DNA of 64,000 bases, from NCBI GenBank assembly GCA_963760525.1, contig CAVXDT010000014.1, positions 120,203 to 184,202 of the forward strand, in the 5' to 3' direction. The notes under the pieces were generated by a model. The model had not been told where the DNA came from. It made no database searches and was given only the letters and a program-made list of their open reading frames with translations. Made by a program: the position numbers and the translations under genes. Origin of the DNA: Nitrososphaeria archaeon. GTDB lineage: Archaea; Thermoproteota; Nitrososphaeria; JACIWG01. Shown here piece by piece: positions 39,286-47,663 of the stretch (position 1 is the first letter of the stretch; each line of letters starts with the position of its first letter).

Positions 39286-39409
39286 CGTAGTAATATTGCA
39301 TACTTTTATAGTATAACAATATTATGTATTTGCAATTGCGTTCATATACAGTATTACAAAGTTATATACCTGTTAGTAATATTACTTTGTAGTGTAATAT
39401 ATGCAATAT
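39286..39409. promoter_or_regulatory. AT-rich intergenic region with palindromic AATATT-core motifs upstream of a small wHTH gene (putative operator/promoter)
   Basis: Perfect 12-bp palindrome AGTAATATTACT at 39375..39386. Related copies: GTAGTAATATTGCA (39287..39300), CAATATTATG (39317..39326), TGCAATATAGCA (39401..39412, covering the ATG). Confidence 0.4.
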
Positions 39410-39676
39410 AGCAGTGGTTCGGCCAAGAAACGTAATATTACTATTGGAGGCGATGACAAAGTAGAGAGGTACTTGGAAATTTCCAAAGGAAGGGATAGCA
39501 AGACGAACCTGAGGATCTTGAAGATTCTGTTTGAGAGGCCAAATCTAACATACGTTCAAGTCGCCAAAGAGATTGTTAAGAGAAAACCCAAATTAAATGA
39601 ATTAAGCGAATTGGATGAGTATAAACATTCCAAGAGTTTAGAAACTGTAACATATTTTTTATTGCGTATCTTATAA
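39401..39676 (+). CDS. Small winged-HTH protein (putative transcription regulator)
   Basis: 91 aa. HTH-like segment TNLRILKILFERPNLTYVQVAKEIVK. Confidence 0.45.
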   Translation: MQYSSGSAKKRNITIGGDDKVERYLEISKGRDSKTNLRILKILFERPNLTYVQVAKEIVKRKPKLNELSELDEYKHSKSLETVTYFLLRIL

Positions 39677-39771
39677 GACGTCAAAGAACAATAGTTAAAT
39701 ATGAAGTGGAAAACTCCCCATTAGAGTTTGTCAACTGTGCAAGACAATTTAAATGTGGGATGTGAGAATCA

Positions 39772-41001
39772 TTGAAGAATAAGACTGATGATGCTATGAC
39801 AGAGCAAAGGCAAGAATCGTCAGCGAGCGCGACATTTTATCAGCTCGCTAAGGTACTTTACGCGCCCTTCAAGGCATTTAAAGAAATAACTCAGAACCCG
39901 AAGTACCTTGGGCCGATCCTTATACTGATTCTTTTCGTAGCAGCGAACACCGGTTACGGCTATGCCATTCTGTCACGAAGCTACATCGAGAGAACTTTGC
40001 CAAGCTTCGATCCGTCAATCGAGCAGTTTGACGTGTGGACAGAAAACGCAACCCTGTGGGCCTCCGTTCCAAGAACTAACATCACAGAAGACTTTAGCGA
40101 CTTCATAAACAGCAGCTACTATGGGAACAGAAGTATCGCATTTTCAATCGCTGACAGTTCTAAAATCTCCATGGAACTAATGAACATAGGACCTGCGAAT
40201 TGTTCCAGTTTAGATGGTTACAAGAATATGTCTCTGAAGATAAAGGTCGTCCATCCAACGATAGCTCCTTCCAACGCATCCATCTACCTATTCTCAGGAA
40301 ATAACTCAAGCTACTTCTATTATGACCTAAAAGGTGTTCTTTCAGATAATGCTACAAACATCTGGAACAACCTAACGATTCCCCTTGCAACTGAAAGTTG
40401 GGTTAACAAAGATGCAGACTGGAGCGATATCACGGGAATCAAACTGGAGTTCAGCTTGCCCGAAAATTCTAACATAACGATACTTGTTGATGGCTTATTC
40501 TTCCGCGGTGTATTCCAGACTCCCCTTGACACTGACGCAACAGTCTATTTGTCAGTTTACGCATTAACTAGCTTAGTTCAATTCGTATTCCGATGGCTTT
40601 TAATGAGTGGAATAATTTTGATAGTAACAAGAGCTTTTGGAACACAAACAGCTAGGAAACCAATACTTGTTTCGGTTGGCTTCGCTTTTATCCTCTTTGT
40701 CGTGCAGACGCTGGTAAACACAGTCATTCTCCCATCAACCTTGCCAAATCTGTACTATTCACTAGAGTCACTCGGGGGGACTCCAACGGAAATGGAAATC
40801 GCTGCCACCAAGATGAGCGACTTAACTGGGCTCTATTTCAGCATAACAGGTCTTATTCAGTTGGGAATATTCGTTTGGATCGACATCCTATGTGCAATTG
40901 CCACCCGTTTAACGACTGGGTCATCATGGGCCAAAAGTATGATCGCCAGTGCGGTAGCTTTACTTGTCGCCTATTTGATCGGTTTATTTTTCGGTTTCTA
41001 A
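39772..41001 (+). CDS. Yip1-domain-like integral membrane protein with a large extracytoplasmic insertion
   Basis: N-terminus typical of Yip1/DUF1282 (FYQLAKVLYAPFKAFKEITQNPKYLGPILILILFV). About 200-aa extracellular insert rich in N-x-S/T. Four to five C-terminal TM helices. Confidence 0.5.
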   Translation: MKNKTDDAMTEQRQESSASATFYQLAKVLYAPFKAFKEITQNPKYLGPILILILFVAANTGYGYAILSRSYIERTLPSFDPSIEQFDVWTENATLWASVPRTNITEDFSDFINSSYYGNRSIAFSIADSSKISMELMNIGPANCSSLDGYKNMSLKIKVVHPTIAPSNASIYLFSGNNSSYFYYDLKGVLSDNATNIWNNLTIPLATESWVNKDADWSDITGIKLEFSLPENSNITILVDGLFFRGVFQTPLDTDATVYLSVYALTSLVQFVFRWLLMSGIILIVTRAFGTQTARKPILVSVGFAFILFVVQTLVNTVILPSTLPNLYYSLESLGGTPTEMEIAATKMSDLTGLYFSITGLIQLGIFVWIDILCAIATRLTTGSSWAKSMIASAVALLVAYLIGLFFGF

Positions 41002-41123
41002 GAAAGCCACAATAAATTGAATTTGCAACGGCATCTATCTTTTCAAACCAAAGACAGAAACAAGCTATCTATTGACAGACTTGAACACCTATATTCTTCT
41101 AGGTCCCAGAATACAAATGTTTT

Positions 41124-42035
41124 CTATTTTATCTTTCTGAACGAGAACATCTTGTCAAAGTTATCAACCCTATATTTCCTAAGGAGCTTATTGGCCTGGC
41201 TTCTTATCCTTTTAGCAAAGTCTTTATCACAGTAGCTTGTCTCATAGAGTTCCTCATATTTCGGTATTAGATTCTGATCGTATGTTTTAAGGAAAATCAT
41301 GAACCTATCTCTTGTCTGTCCACGAAAATTGAGTAGGTCTACGACAGCGTAATCTGCACCCTTGTCTGATACAGTTTTCAGGAGTTCATCCACATCTTCT
41401 TCCCTGTCAGAAATGAATGGCAACAATGGAACTGCGATAACCCCAACCGTGATTCCTGCTTCGTGGAGTTTCTGGATTGTGTTTAGTCGGTCTTCTACAG
41501 TGGCTGCTCGCGGTTCTATCTTCTTCCGTAATTCTTCATCTAAGGTTGGTAAGGTGATTGCAACATTCAGGAAACCTTCCCGTGAAATTTCCGTAAGGAC
41601 ATCGATATCTCTTAATACGAGATTTGATTTTGTAGTAAGTAATAGAGAGTTCTGATGTTTCAAGAATACGTTTAGCAGCTCTCTGGTGATTCTAAATCTA
41701 TTCTCAGCTGGCTGATAGGGATCCGTAACGGTTGCCAGATTAACAGTCAATTTCGTGTTCCATGTCTTTTTAGAAAATTCTCTATCGAGAACTTCAGCTG
41801 CATTATCCTTGATAACGATCCTGTTAGCGAATTCGCCAGTTGAAAGCCCAAGATATTCATGAGTGTATCTTGCGTTACAATACACACAGTTGTGCTCGCA
41901 TCCTCTGTAAGAATTGGTGCCCCATCTAAATGGCAAGAAACAAACGTTGACATAATGTAACATCTTCTTGACTTGAGCGTGTTCGTATACAACTTGGTTC
42001 ACTTTTCCCACGTCTCCGATTAGAATAGGTACCAA
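41124..42035 (-). CDS. Radical SAM protein, SplB-like (DNA-repair photolyase family)
   Basis: CEHNCVYCNA (CxxxCxxC) cluster near the N-terminus; 303 aa. Family-level call only. Confidence 0.65.
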   Translation of the reverse strand: MVPILIGDVGKVNQVVYEHAQVKKMLHYVNVCFLPFRWGTNSYRGCEHNCVYCNARYTHEYLGLSTGEFANRIVIKDNAAEVLDREFSKKTWNTKLTVNLATVTDPYQPAENRFRITRELLNVFLKHQNSLLLTTKSNLVLRDIDVLTEISREGFLNVAITLPTLDEELRKKIEPRAATVEDRLNTIQKLHEAGITVGVIAVPLLPFISDREEDVDELLKTVSDKGADYAVVDLLNFRGQTRDRFMIFLKTYDQNLIPKYEELYETSYCDKDFAKRIRSQANKLLRKYRVDNFDKMFSFRKIK

Positions 42036-42233
42036 ATTCTCCTGGCTTTTAATAACCTTTAAGCAGTAACATGAATCCTTCTACACATCTTCCATTTGGG
42101 AGGGGGGGAATTTGTCTCTCGACTAATCCTCCCTTTATGATTAAATTACATAACGTAATTATGTTATTAATTCTTCGACAATAGCATGTAATTTTTATAC
42201 TCCTACAACGGTCTGCTAGGAATAGGATATGCT

Positions 42234-42668
42234 ATGGGAATGGTCGATATCAGCGGGAAGCCGATTGTGGAAAGGGAAGCTGTCGCTAAGGGGACAATAC
42301 TGCTGAAGCATGAAACGGTTTCTTTGATCAAAGAAGGTAAAGTTGAAAAGGGCGACCCATTTACTATATCAAGAATCTCAGCTATTAATGCTGTCAAGAT
42401 GACATCGAATCTTGTGCCATTTTGTCACCAGATCCCGATAGACAGCGTGAACGTTGATTTCGATGTTAAAGGTTCGTCCATAACAGTTGTAGTTGAAGTC
42501 AAGTCAATTTCTAAGACTGGTGTAGAGATGGAAGCACTTTCTGGAGTCCTTAATGCTTTGCTCAACATATGGGATGTAGTCAAGAAGTATGAAAAAGATT
42601 CATCTGGAAACTATCCGACAACATTGATAGAAAATGTTAAGATAACTAGTAAGGTGAAGCGTCAATGA
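42234..42668 (+). CDS. moaC: Cyclic pyranopterin monophosphate synthase accessory protein MoaC
   Basis: MVDISGKPIVEREAVA...TISRISAINAVKMTSNLVPFCHQIPI...GVEMEALSGV is characteristic of MoaC. Confidence 0.85.
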   Translation: MGMVDISGKPIVEREAVAKGTILLKHETVSLIKEGKVEKGDPFTISRISAINAVKMTSNLVPFCHQIPIDSVNVDFDVKGSSITVVVEVKSISKTGVEMEALSGVLNALLNIWDVVKKYEKDSSGNYPTTLIENVKITSKVKRQ

Positions 42669-43189
42669 AAAGTTATGAAATTCACAGGTCTTCTTCTGAC
42701 TTCAATCTAAAATGCTCGGTTATAACGGTTAGCACGTCAAGATTCTCTGAAGCCTCTAAGGGGCACAGAATAGATGATATCTCAGGAGTCAAGATTGTGG
42801 AATCGCTTACTAAAAAAGGATATTCGATAGTATCTAGAAAACTAGTTTCAGACGATGTCAGCATGGTCAGAAAGGAGACCCTAAGGTCGATCTATGAAGA
42901 GAAGTGTGATGTGGTCATTCTGACTGGAGGAACAGGCCTAACACATTCTGATGTGACAATAGAGGCGCTTTCACCATTATTTGATAAGGAGCTGGTAGGC
43001 TTCGGGGAGATTTTTAGACTTCAAACTTTTTCTAAGGCAAAGGGGATAGCTCTTATTTCTAGAGCTACAGCAGGAATAATTTCAAAATGTGCGGTTTTTT
43101 GCCTGCCAGGCTCACCTGATGCCATAGAAACAGCGATGGATATAATGATCGACGAATTACCACATATTATAAAACACGCGCGTGAATGA
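42665..43189 (+). CDS. moaB: Molybdopterin adenylyltransferase MoaB/MogA
   Basis: MogA/MoaB motifs VVILTGGTGLTHSDVT and GSPDA. Start overlaps the moaC stop. Confidence 0.8.
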   Translation: MKSYEIHRSSSDFNLKCSVITVSTSRFSEASKGHRIDDISGVKIVESLTKKGYSIVSRKLVSDDVSMVRKETLRSIYEEKCDVVILTGGTGLTHSDVTIEALSPLFDKELVGFGEIFRLQTFSKAKGIALISRATAGIISKCAVFCLPGSPDAIETAMDIMIDELPHIIKHARE

Positions 43190-44106
43190 AAATGCTATTA
43201 GATTTGTACAATCGCCCCATACACAACCTACGAATATCAGTAACATCAAAATGCAATCTGAAATGTTTCTACTGCCATTCAGAAGGTGTCAAAAATAAGG
43301 ATAATAGGCTAATGTCTATTGACGAAATAACTACACTAGCCCGACTCGCGGTCTCATACGGTGTTAAAACCATCAAACTAACTGGCGGTGAGCCTCTTTG
43401 CAGAGAAGATATAACTGACATCGTCAAAGCTCTCTTCTCGATAGAAGGTTTAGCTGAAATATCTATGGTGACGAATGGATACTATCTTGATAAGTATGCT
43501 CAACGTCTTAAAGATGCAGGGCTAAAGCGTGTAAACGTCAGCCTTCCTACATTAGACCCTGAGAAGTTTAAGAAGATAACAGGAGGTGAACTACAGCCTG
43601 TTATGACCGGAATAAAAAGTGCTGTAGCTGTTGGATTGAATCCAGTCAAAATTAACATGGTTTTGCTAAAAGGAATAAACGATGATGAAGTTGATTCTAT
43701 GATAAGTTTTTCAGCGAAAGCTGGGGTTATGCTTCAGCTAATCGAGCTTGAACCTATCCGAGTCTCTTCAAGGACTTACCGAAAATATCATGAGCAAGTA
43801 GATTCCCTAGAGGAGAAGCTAGCCAGAAGTTCTAAAGCCATCTATTTGAGAGGTGATATGCATAAACGAAAGATCTTCGAAATGGATTCTACCAAAGTAG
43901 AAGTTGTTCACCCGATTGAAAATACGGAATTCTGTTATAATTGTAGTCGTTTAAGGATAACGTATGACGGTCATTTCAAACCGTGTTTAATGAAATCAGA
44001 CGATGATGTTGACGCAAGGAAGTATTTGGAAGATGGTGACTATGATGGGCTGAGAAATGTTTTCTTACAAGCTGTTCTGAACAGGAGACCATTTTGCATG
44101 CGTTAG
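43186..44106 (+). CDS. moaA: GTP 3',8-cyclase MoaA (radical SAM)
   Basis: N-terminal CNLKCFYC cluster; TGGEPL; second-cluster cysteines near the C-terminus (CYNCSRLRITYDGHFKPC). Confidence 0.85.
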   Translation: MKMLLDLYNRPIHNLRISVTSKCNLKCFYCHSEGVKNKDNRLMSIDEITTLARLAVSYGVKTIKLTGGEPLCREDITDIVKALFSIEGLAEISMVTNGYYLDKYAQRLKDAGLKRVNVSLPTLDPEKFKKITGGELQPVMTGIKSAVAVGLNPVKINMVLLKGINDDEVDSMISFSAKAGVMLQLIELEPIRVSSRTYRKYHEQVDSLEEKLARSSKAIYLRGDMHKRKIFEMDSTKVEVVHPIENTEFCYNCSRLRITYDGHFKPCLMKSDDDVDARKYLEDGDYDGLRNVFLQAVLNRRPFCMR

Positions 44107-44117
44107 AAATTAGGCTT

Positions 44118-44459
44118 CTACTCTATTTGGCTCGCTATATAGAATGCATAGTTTTCTTCTCGTCCTAGACAATTGTTGCAAATGCACAGTGAAGAAGAAT
44201 TATGATAATCGCATTCACTACTGTATTCGCAAATTCTGCAGTCGATATTTGTTTCACAGATTGCACACATCTTGTATATTATCACGTCTTGTTTAATAAC
44301 CTCTGACAGGAATGGGATTAGAAGACTTTTGTTTGTTTCTTCATCTACAAGCATTCCTTTTGACTTGTCATATTTGACTCCAAGGGACATGAGCGTTCTG
44401 AAGTTATCGGTTCCCAATAAAGGAAGCTTGAACCATTTTCCTTCGATGATCTCCATCAT
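44118..44459 (-). CDS. Hypothetical Cys-rich small protein
   Basis: 113 aa. C-terminal half carries CAICETNIDCRICEYSSECDYHNSSSLCICNNC. Convergent with moaA. No family assigned. Confidence 0.3.
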   Translation of the reverse strand: MMEIIEGKWFKLPLLGTDNFRTLMSLGVKYDKSKGMLVDEETNKSLLIPFLSEVIKQDVIIYKMCAICETNIDCRICEYSSECDYHNSSSLCICNNCLGREENYAFYIASQIE

Positions 44460-45670
44460 GATTTCACCTTTTTTTCTATGAACGTGCTCAGACTATCATC
44501 AAATCCAGCATACCTCAGATAGTCAGCCACATTCTCTTTTTCTTTTCTGGCCAGGCTAACTAGTAAAGGTAAGTAGAACAACGCGAACTCTCCGACCCCC
44601 ACATGATATTTCTGAAAAACTCTCTCTTTGATCATCCTAAAAACTCTTAATTCAGTCCAATACTTCAGTTTCAAATCCCACAACGGTTCCTCTTCGCTAT
44701 ATCTTAGTCTTTGCCCAAGATTCAAACAATGGATTTTCTCGACGACAGTTCTATCGAACCATCTTAGCATGCGCCATTCTTGGGTGCTTTCCAGCCTTCT
44801 TTCATAGAGAGCTATTTCTGATACAGCTCTTAATGCTCTCCTTCTCTGTTCTCCCTCAAAGTCTGACGCTAAAATGGAATAGAACAAGATCTGCACCTTT
44901 TCTCTCGCATTAGAGTCCATCTTGGAAAATATCTCGTAGACTTTATCCTCGTCTCTTTCACTGAAAAGTGTTAAGATGGCATCTTGTTTTGATATGGTTG
45001 TATCCTTTATTATTTTCAGTTGTTCTATAACATTAGGGATCTCTACTATACTTTGAAGCAGATTTATCGCTGACCTGACATCTCCTCTGCTTTTCTTTGA
45101 GATTTCACCTAATATCTTACGGTGGATTTTCTTTTTCTCCAGTTCAGAGATGTGCTCCAAATATATGAGAATGATTTTTATTGGAACCTTCCTAAAACAT
45201 ATGACATTAGCCCTTCGAGATAGCTTGACAACACTCCCATTAGTTTCGTCGTTTGCAGTAAGTATTATGGGCACAGTAGGTTTTTCCAGTAATTCGTTTA
45301 TGTATTCTGTGCCTCCATAATCGTTCCTTCCATAAATCCCATCTACTTCATCGAAAAGAACCATTCTCTTCTCGTCGAAGAGGTCTGAGCTGCTCAGCGT
45401 TTTTCCTAGCTTTCTTGTAAGGGCTTCCTTTGTGCGAAAGTCGCTTGCATTCAATTCGATTAAAAAGTATCCGAGCTCTTTCGCAGCAGCATATACAGAC
45501 GTGTTCTTTCCAACGCCAGGCGGGCCTACAAGTAGAACGGCCTTGCTTCCCTTTTTCCAATTCTTCATCCACTGGTATAGAGTCCTCCGAGCGTTCTCGT
45601 TGCCTATGATTTTGTTGAACTTGATATCTCTATATTTTTCTGCCCACATTTCTGTTTCCATGGTAATCAC
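44456..45670 (-). CDS. rfc: Replication factor C subunit (AAA+ clamp loader)
   Basis: Walker A LLVGPPGVGKNT, Walker B DEVD, SRC-like region; 404 aa. Confidence 0.8.
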   Translation of the reverse strand: MITMETEMWAEKYRDIKFNKIIGNENARRTLYQWMKNWKKGSKAVLLVGPPGVGKNTSVYAAAKELGYFLIELNASDFRTKEALTRKLGKTLSSSDLFDEKRMVLFDEVDGIYGRNDYGGTEYINELLEKPTVPIILTANDETNGSVVKLSRRANVICFRKVPIKIILIYLEHISELEKKKIHRKILGEISKKSRGDVRSAINLLQSIVEIPNVIEQLKIIKDTTISKQDAILTLFSERDEDKVYEIFSKMDSNAREKVQILFYSILASDFEGEQRRRALRAVSEIALYERRLESTQEWRMLRWFDRTVVEKIHCLNLGQRLRYSEEEPLWDLKLKYWTELRVFRMIKERVFQKYHVGVGEFALFYLPLLVSLARKEKENVADYLRYAGFDDSLSTFIEKKVKS

Positions 45671-46593
45671 GTTACCACGATTTTTTCTGCGACAAAGGCT
45701 AGAAGTCCCAGAAACATTCCTGCTAAAGCCAACTTTTTAACCTTTAGAGCGTTTCTGACAGAACAATCTTTCAATATCAAATATGAAAGGTATATGAAAA
45801 TAGCGTCAGGTAGAAGTACCATAATTAAGTAGATGTTACCTGCTTGCTTTAAGACATATGGTCCTATGGTACATATTACTGAAAGCGCAAACAAAAAAGC
45901 CCCTATTCTCGCAGCGTTCAGTTCTCCAATGGTGCGTGCTACAGACTTCACATTCCTTATTCGGTCTCCCTTTACATCAACTATTGTCTTTATGACTTCT
46001 CTTCCAGTCACGGCTAGAAAGGATATGGCAGAGAACCAAAGTACTAAAGGAGAGATTCCTTTTAAAATCGCCCACCCTCGTATTCCCATATTTCCTGTCA
46101 AAGATACGATACTGCCATAGATGTAAGGTATGGCCGTTGAAAGTGCAACGGTGGCGTTGCCTATTATTCCATGTTTTTTTAGGTCATAATTGTAAAGCCA
46201 AGATATAAAAGCAAAGGTTGTTGCAATCACAAAACACTCTAAACCAGTTAATATAGAGAAGAATAAGCCTGGGAAAAGCATTGAGAAGGCGTAGATCCAC
46301 GCTACCGTCTTCTTTATGTCACCTGTAACAAGAGGTCTATCCAGCTGATTTATTTTGTCCACTTCAACATCATATATGTCATTAACAATCATTGAGAAAC
46401 CTGAAATAAGAAATCCTGTGAGGAAACCGAAAAGAGTTCCCCATGAAAGGACATAATTTGTAGATGTGAGGATGACCCCTGATATGACTGCTATGCCCAC
46501 AATAGTACTATTCACTGGTCTAATTATTCCAAGATACGCTTTGCTACTTTTTCTTTGCACTAAAGATCGCCTCTGACAGCTGATAGTAAACAA
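45667..46593 (-). CDS. UbiA-family prenyltransferase (digeranylgeranylglyceryl phosphate synthase-like)
   Basis: Multi-TM protein with Asp-rich motifs NDIYDVEVDKIN and a second D-rich region; 308 aa. Confidence 0.7.
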   Translation of the reverse strand: MFTISCQRRSLVQRKSSKAYLGIIRPVNSTIVGIAVISGVILTSTNYVLSWGTLFGFLTGFLISGFSMIVNDIYDVEVDKINQLDRPLVTGDIKKTVAWIYAFSMLFPGLFFSILTGLECFVIATTFAFISWLYNYDLKKHGIIGNATVALSTAIPYIYGSIVSLTGNMGIRGWAILKGISPLVLWFSAISFLAVTGREVIKTIVDVKGDRIRNVKSVARTIGELNAARIGAFLFALSVICTIGPYVLKQAGNIYLIMVLLPDAIFIYLSYLILKDCSVRNALKVKKLALAGMFLGLLAFVAEKIVVT

Positions 46594-47083
46594 GTTCTCC
46601 CCTCCTATCTACTACTGCGACGATTGCTTCCTTTCCCATTTTCTTGATATCTATAATATCGTCGAAAACCTTCTTTACTACAGCATCACTTCCCTCATTC
46701 AGCACAAAGACAACATATTTGGCTATCTTATCCTCATATTGCCCTCTCCCGTAAACTCTAAAATCAACACCAAATCCAAATCCGTCCTTCACTACAAAGC
46801 CTCGGCTTCTTAGATCGCGGTAAACTAGAAACTTGGTCAAAATATTCTTATCTCTACTATGAATAGTCTCCATTAACTGGTCAAAAGACAAAACTCTTCT
46901 CCTACTAAATACATCCAACTTGTTGACATTACACAAATATAACCCCTCACAAAAATTCAGGACGAGCTTTTTTTCTTCCTTATCTCCAAAACCGCTCCCA
47001 TGAAGTTCCTGAGCCAGCTCAAAATCCTCTATAACTATGTTGTCTCTACTTATTGTCCCATGCAACCTCTCTTCTTTTTCCAT
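46544..47083 (-). CDS. endA: tRNA-splicing endonuclease EndA (catalytic-type subunit)
   Basis: 179 aa. C-terminal catalytic domain: VYRDLRSRGFVVKDGFGFGVDFRVY...KYVVFVL. Confidence 0.8.
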   Translation of the reverse strand: MEKEERLHGTISRDNIVIEDFELAQELHGSGFGDKEEKKLVLNFCEGLYLCNVNKLDVFSRRRVLSFDQLMETIHSRDKNILTKFLVYRDLRSRGFVVKDGFGFGVDFRVYGRGQYEDKIAKYVVFVLNEGSDAVVKKVFDDIIDIKKMGKEAIVAVVDRRGELVYYQLSEAIFSAKKK

Positions 47084-47334
47084 TAATGATTCTCAACACC
47101 ATCGCAGCGCTCTTATAAAAGTTCTCGAATAGGATATATTAAGGAGCAGGGCTTCAGGTGTTCACGAGAGCATTCATTGCCATTTTGGCTCTCAAACTGA
47201 AGAAAAAAAATATGAATTCACTTAAATGTAGCCTGTCATTTTTATTATCTAGGAGACATTTCCAAAAAGTCTATGTCTCGAACGCTCCATAAGAAATAAA
47301 GCTTTTAAAGCGTATTTAGTAAGATTCGGTGTGA

Positions 47335-47637
47335 TTGGTTTTGAAGATTTCTCAGATAAGAGATGGCATGCGAAAAGTTGAAGTTGTTGGGCGGGTTACA
47401 GATAAGCCTGAGCCTCGTGAAGTGATACTTAGAACAATGCAGAAAGCCAGAGTAGCCGATCTGACCATAGCAGACGATACTGGCAAAATTAAGCTAACGC
47501 TATGGGATGACCAAATAGACAAAGTTGATCTAGAAGATACAGTAAAAATAGAAAACGGATATGTGAATAGTTACAAAGGAGAAATACGCCTAAACGTTGG
47601 AAGATATGGGACGATGGAAATCATAGAAAAAGAATAA
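47335..47637 (+). CDS. Single OB-fold nucleic-acid-binding protein (SSB/RPA-like)
   Basis: 100 aa. OB-fold pattern VEVVGRVTDKPEPREV...ADDTGKIKLTLWDDQ. Confidence 0.55.
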   Translation: MVLKISQIRDGMRKVEVVGRVTDKPEPREVILRTMQKARVADLTIADDTGKIKLTLWDDQIDKVDLEDTVKIENGYVNSYKGEIRLNVGRYGTMEIIEKE

Positions 47638-47663
47638 AGAGAGAATACAATTCGTAAGTCTAA

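Noticed and set aside
42095-42135. GGGAGG...CCTCCC hairpin (6-bp stem, about 26-nt loop) upstream of moaC. Considered as a riboswitch or terminator.
   Set aside because: It lies in a divergent promoter region between the radical-SAM gene and moaC. The loop is too large for a terminator. No riboswitch consensus was recognised.
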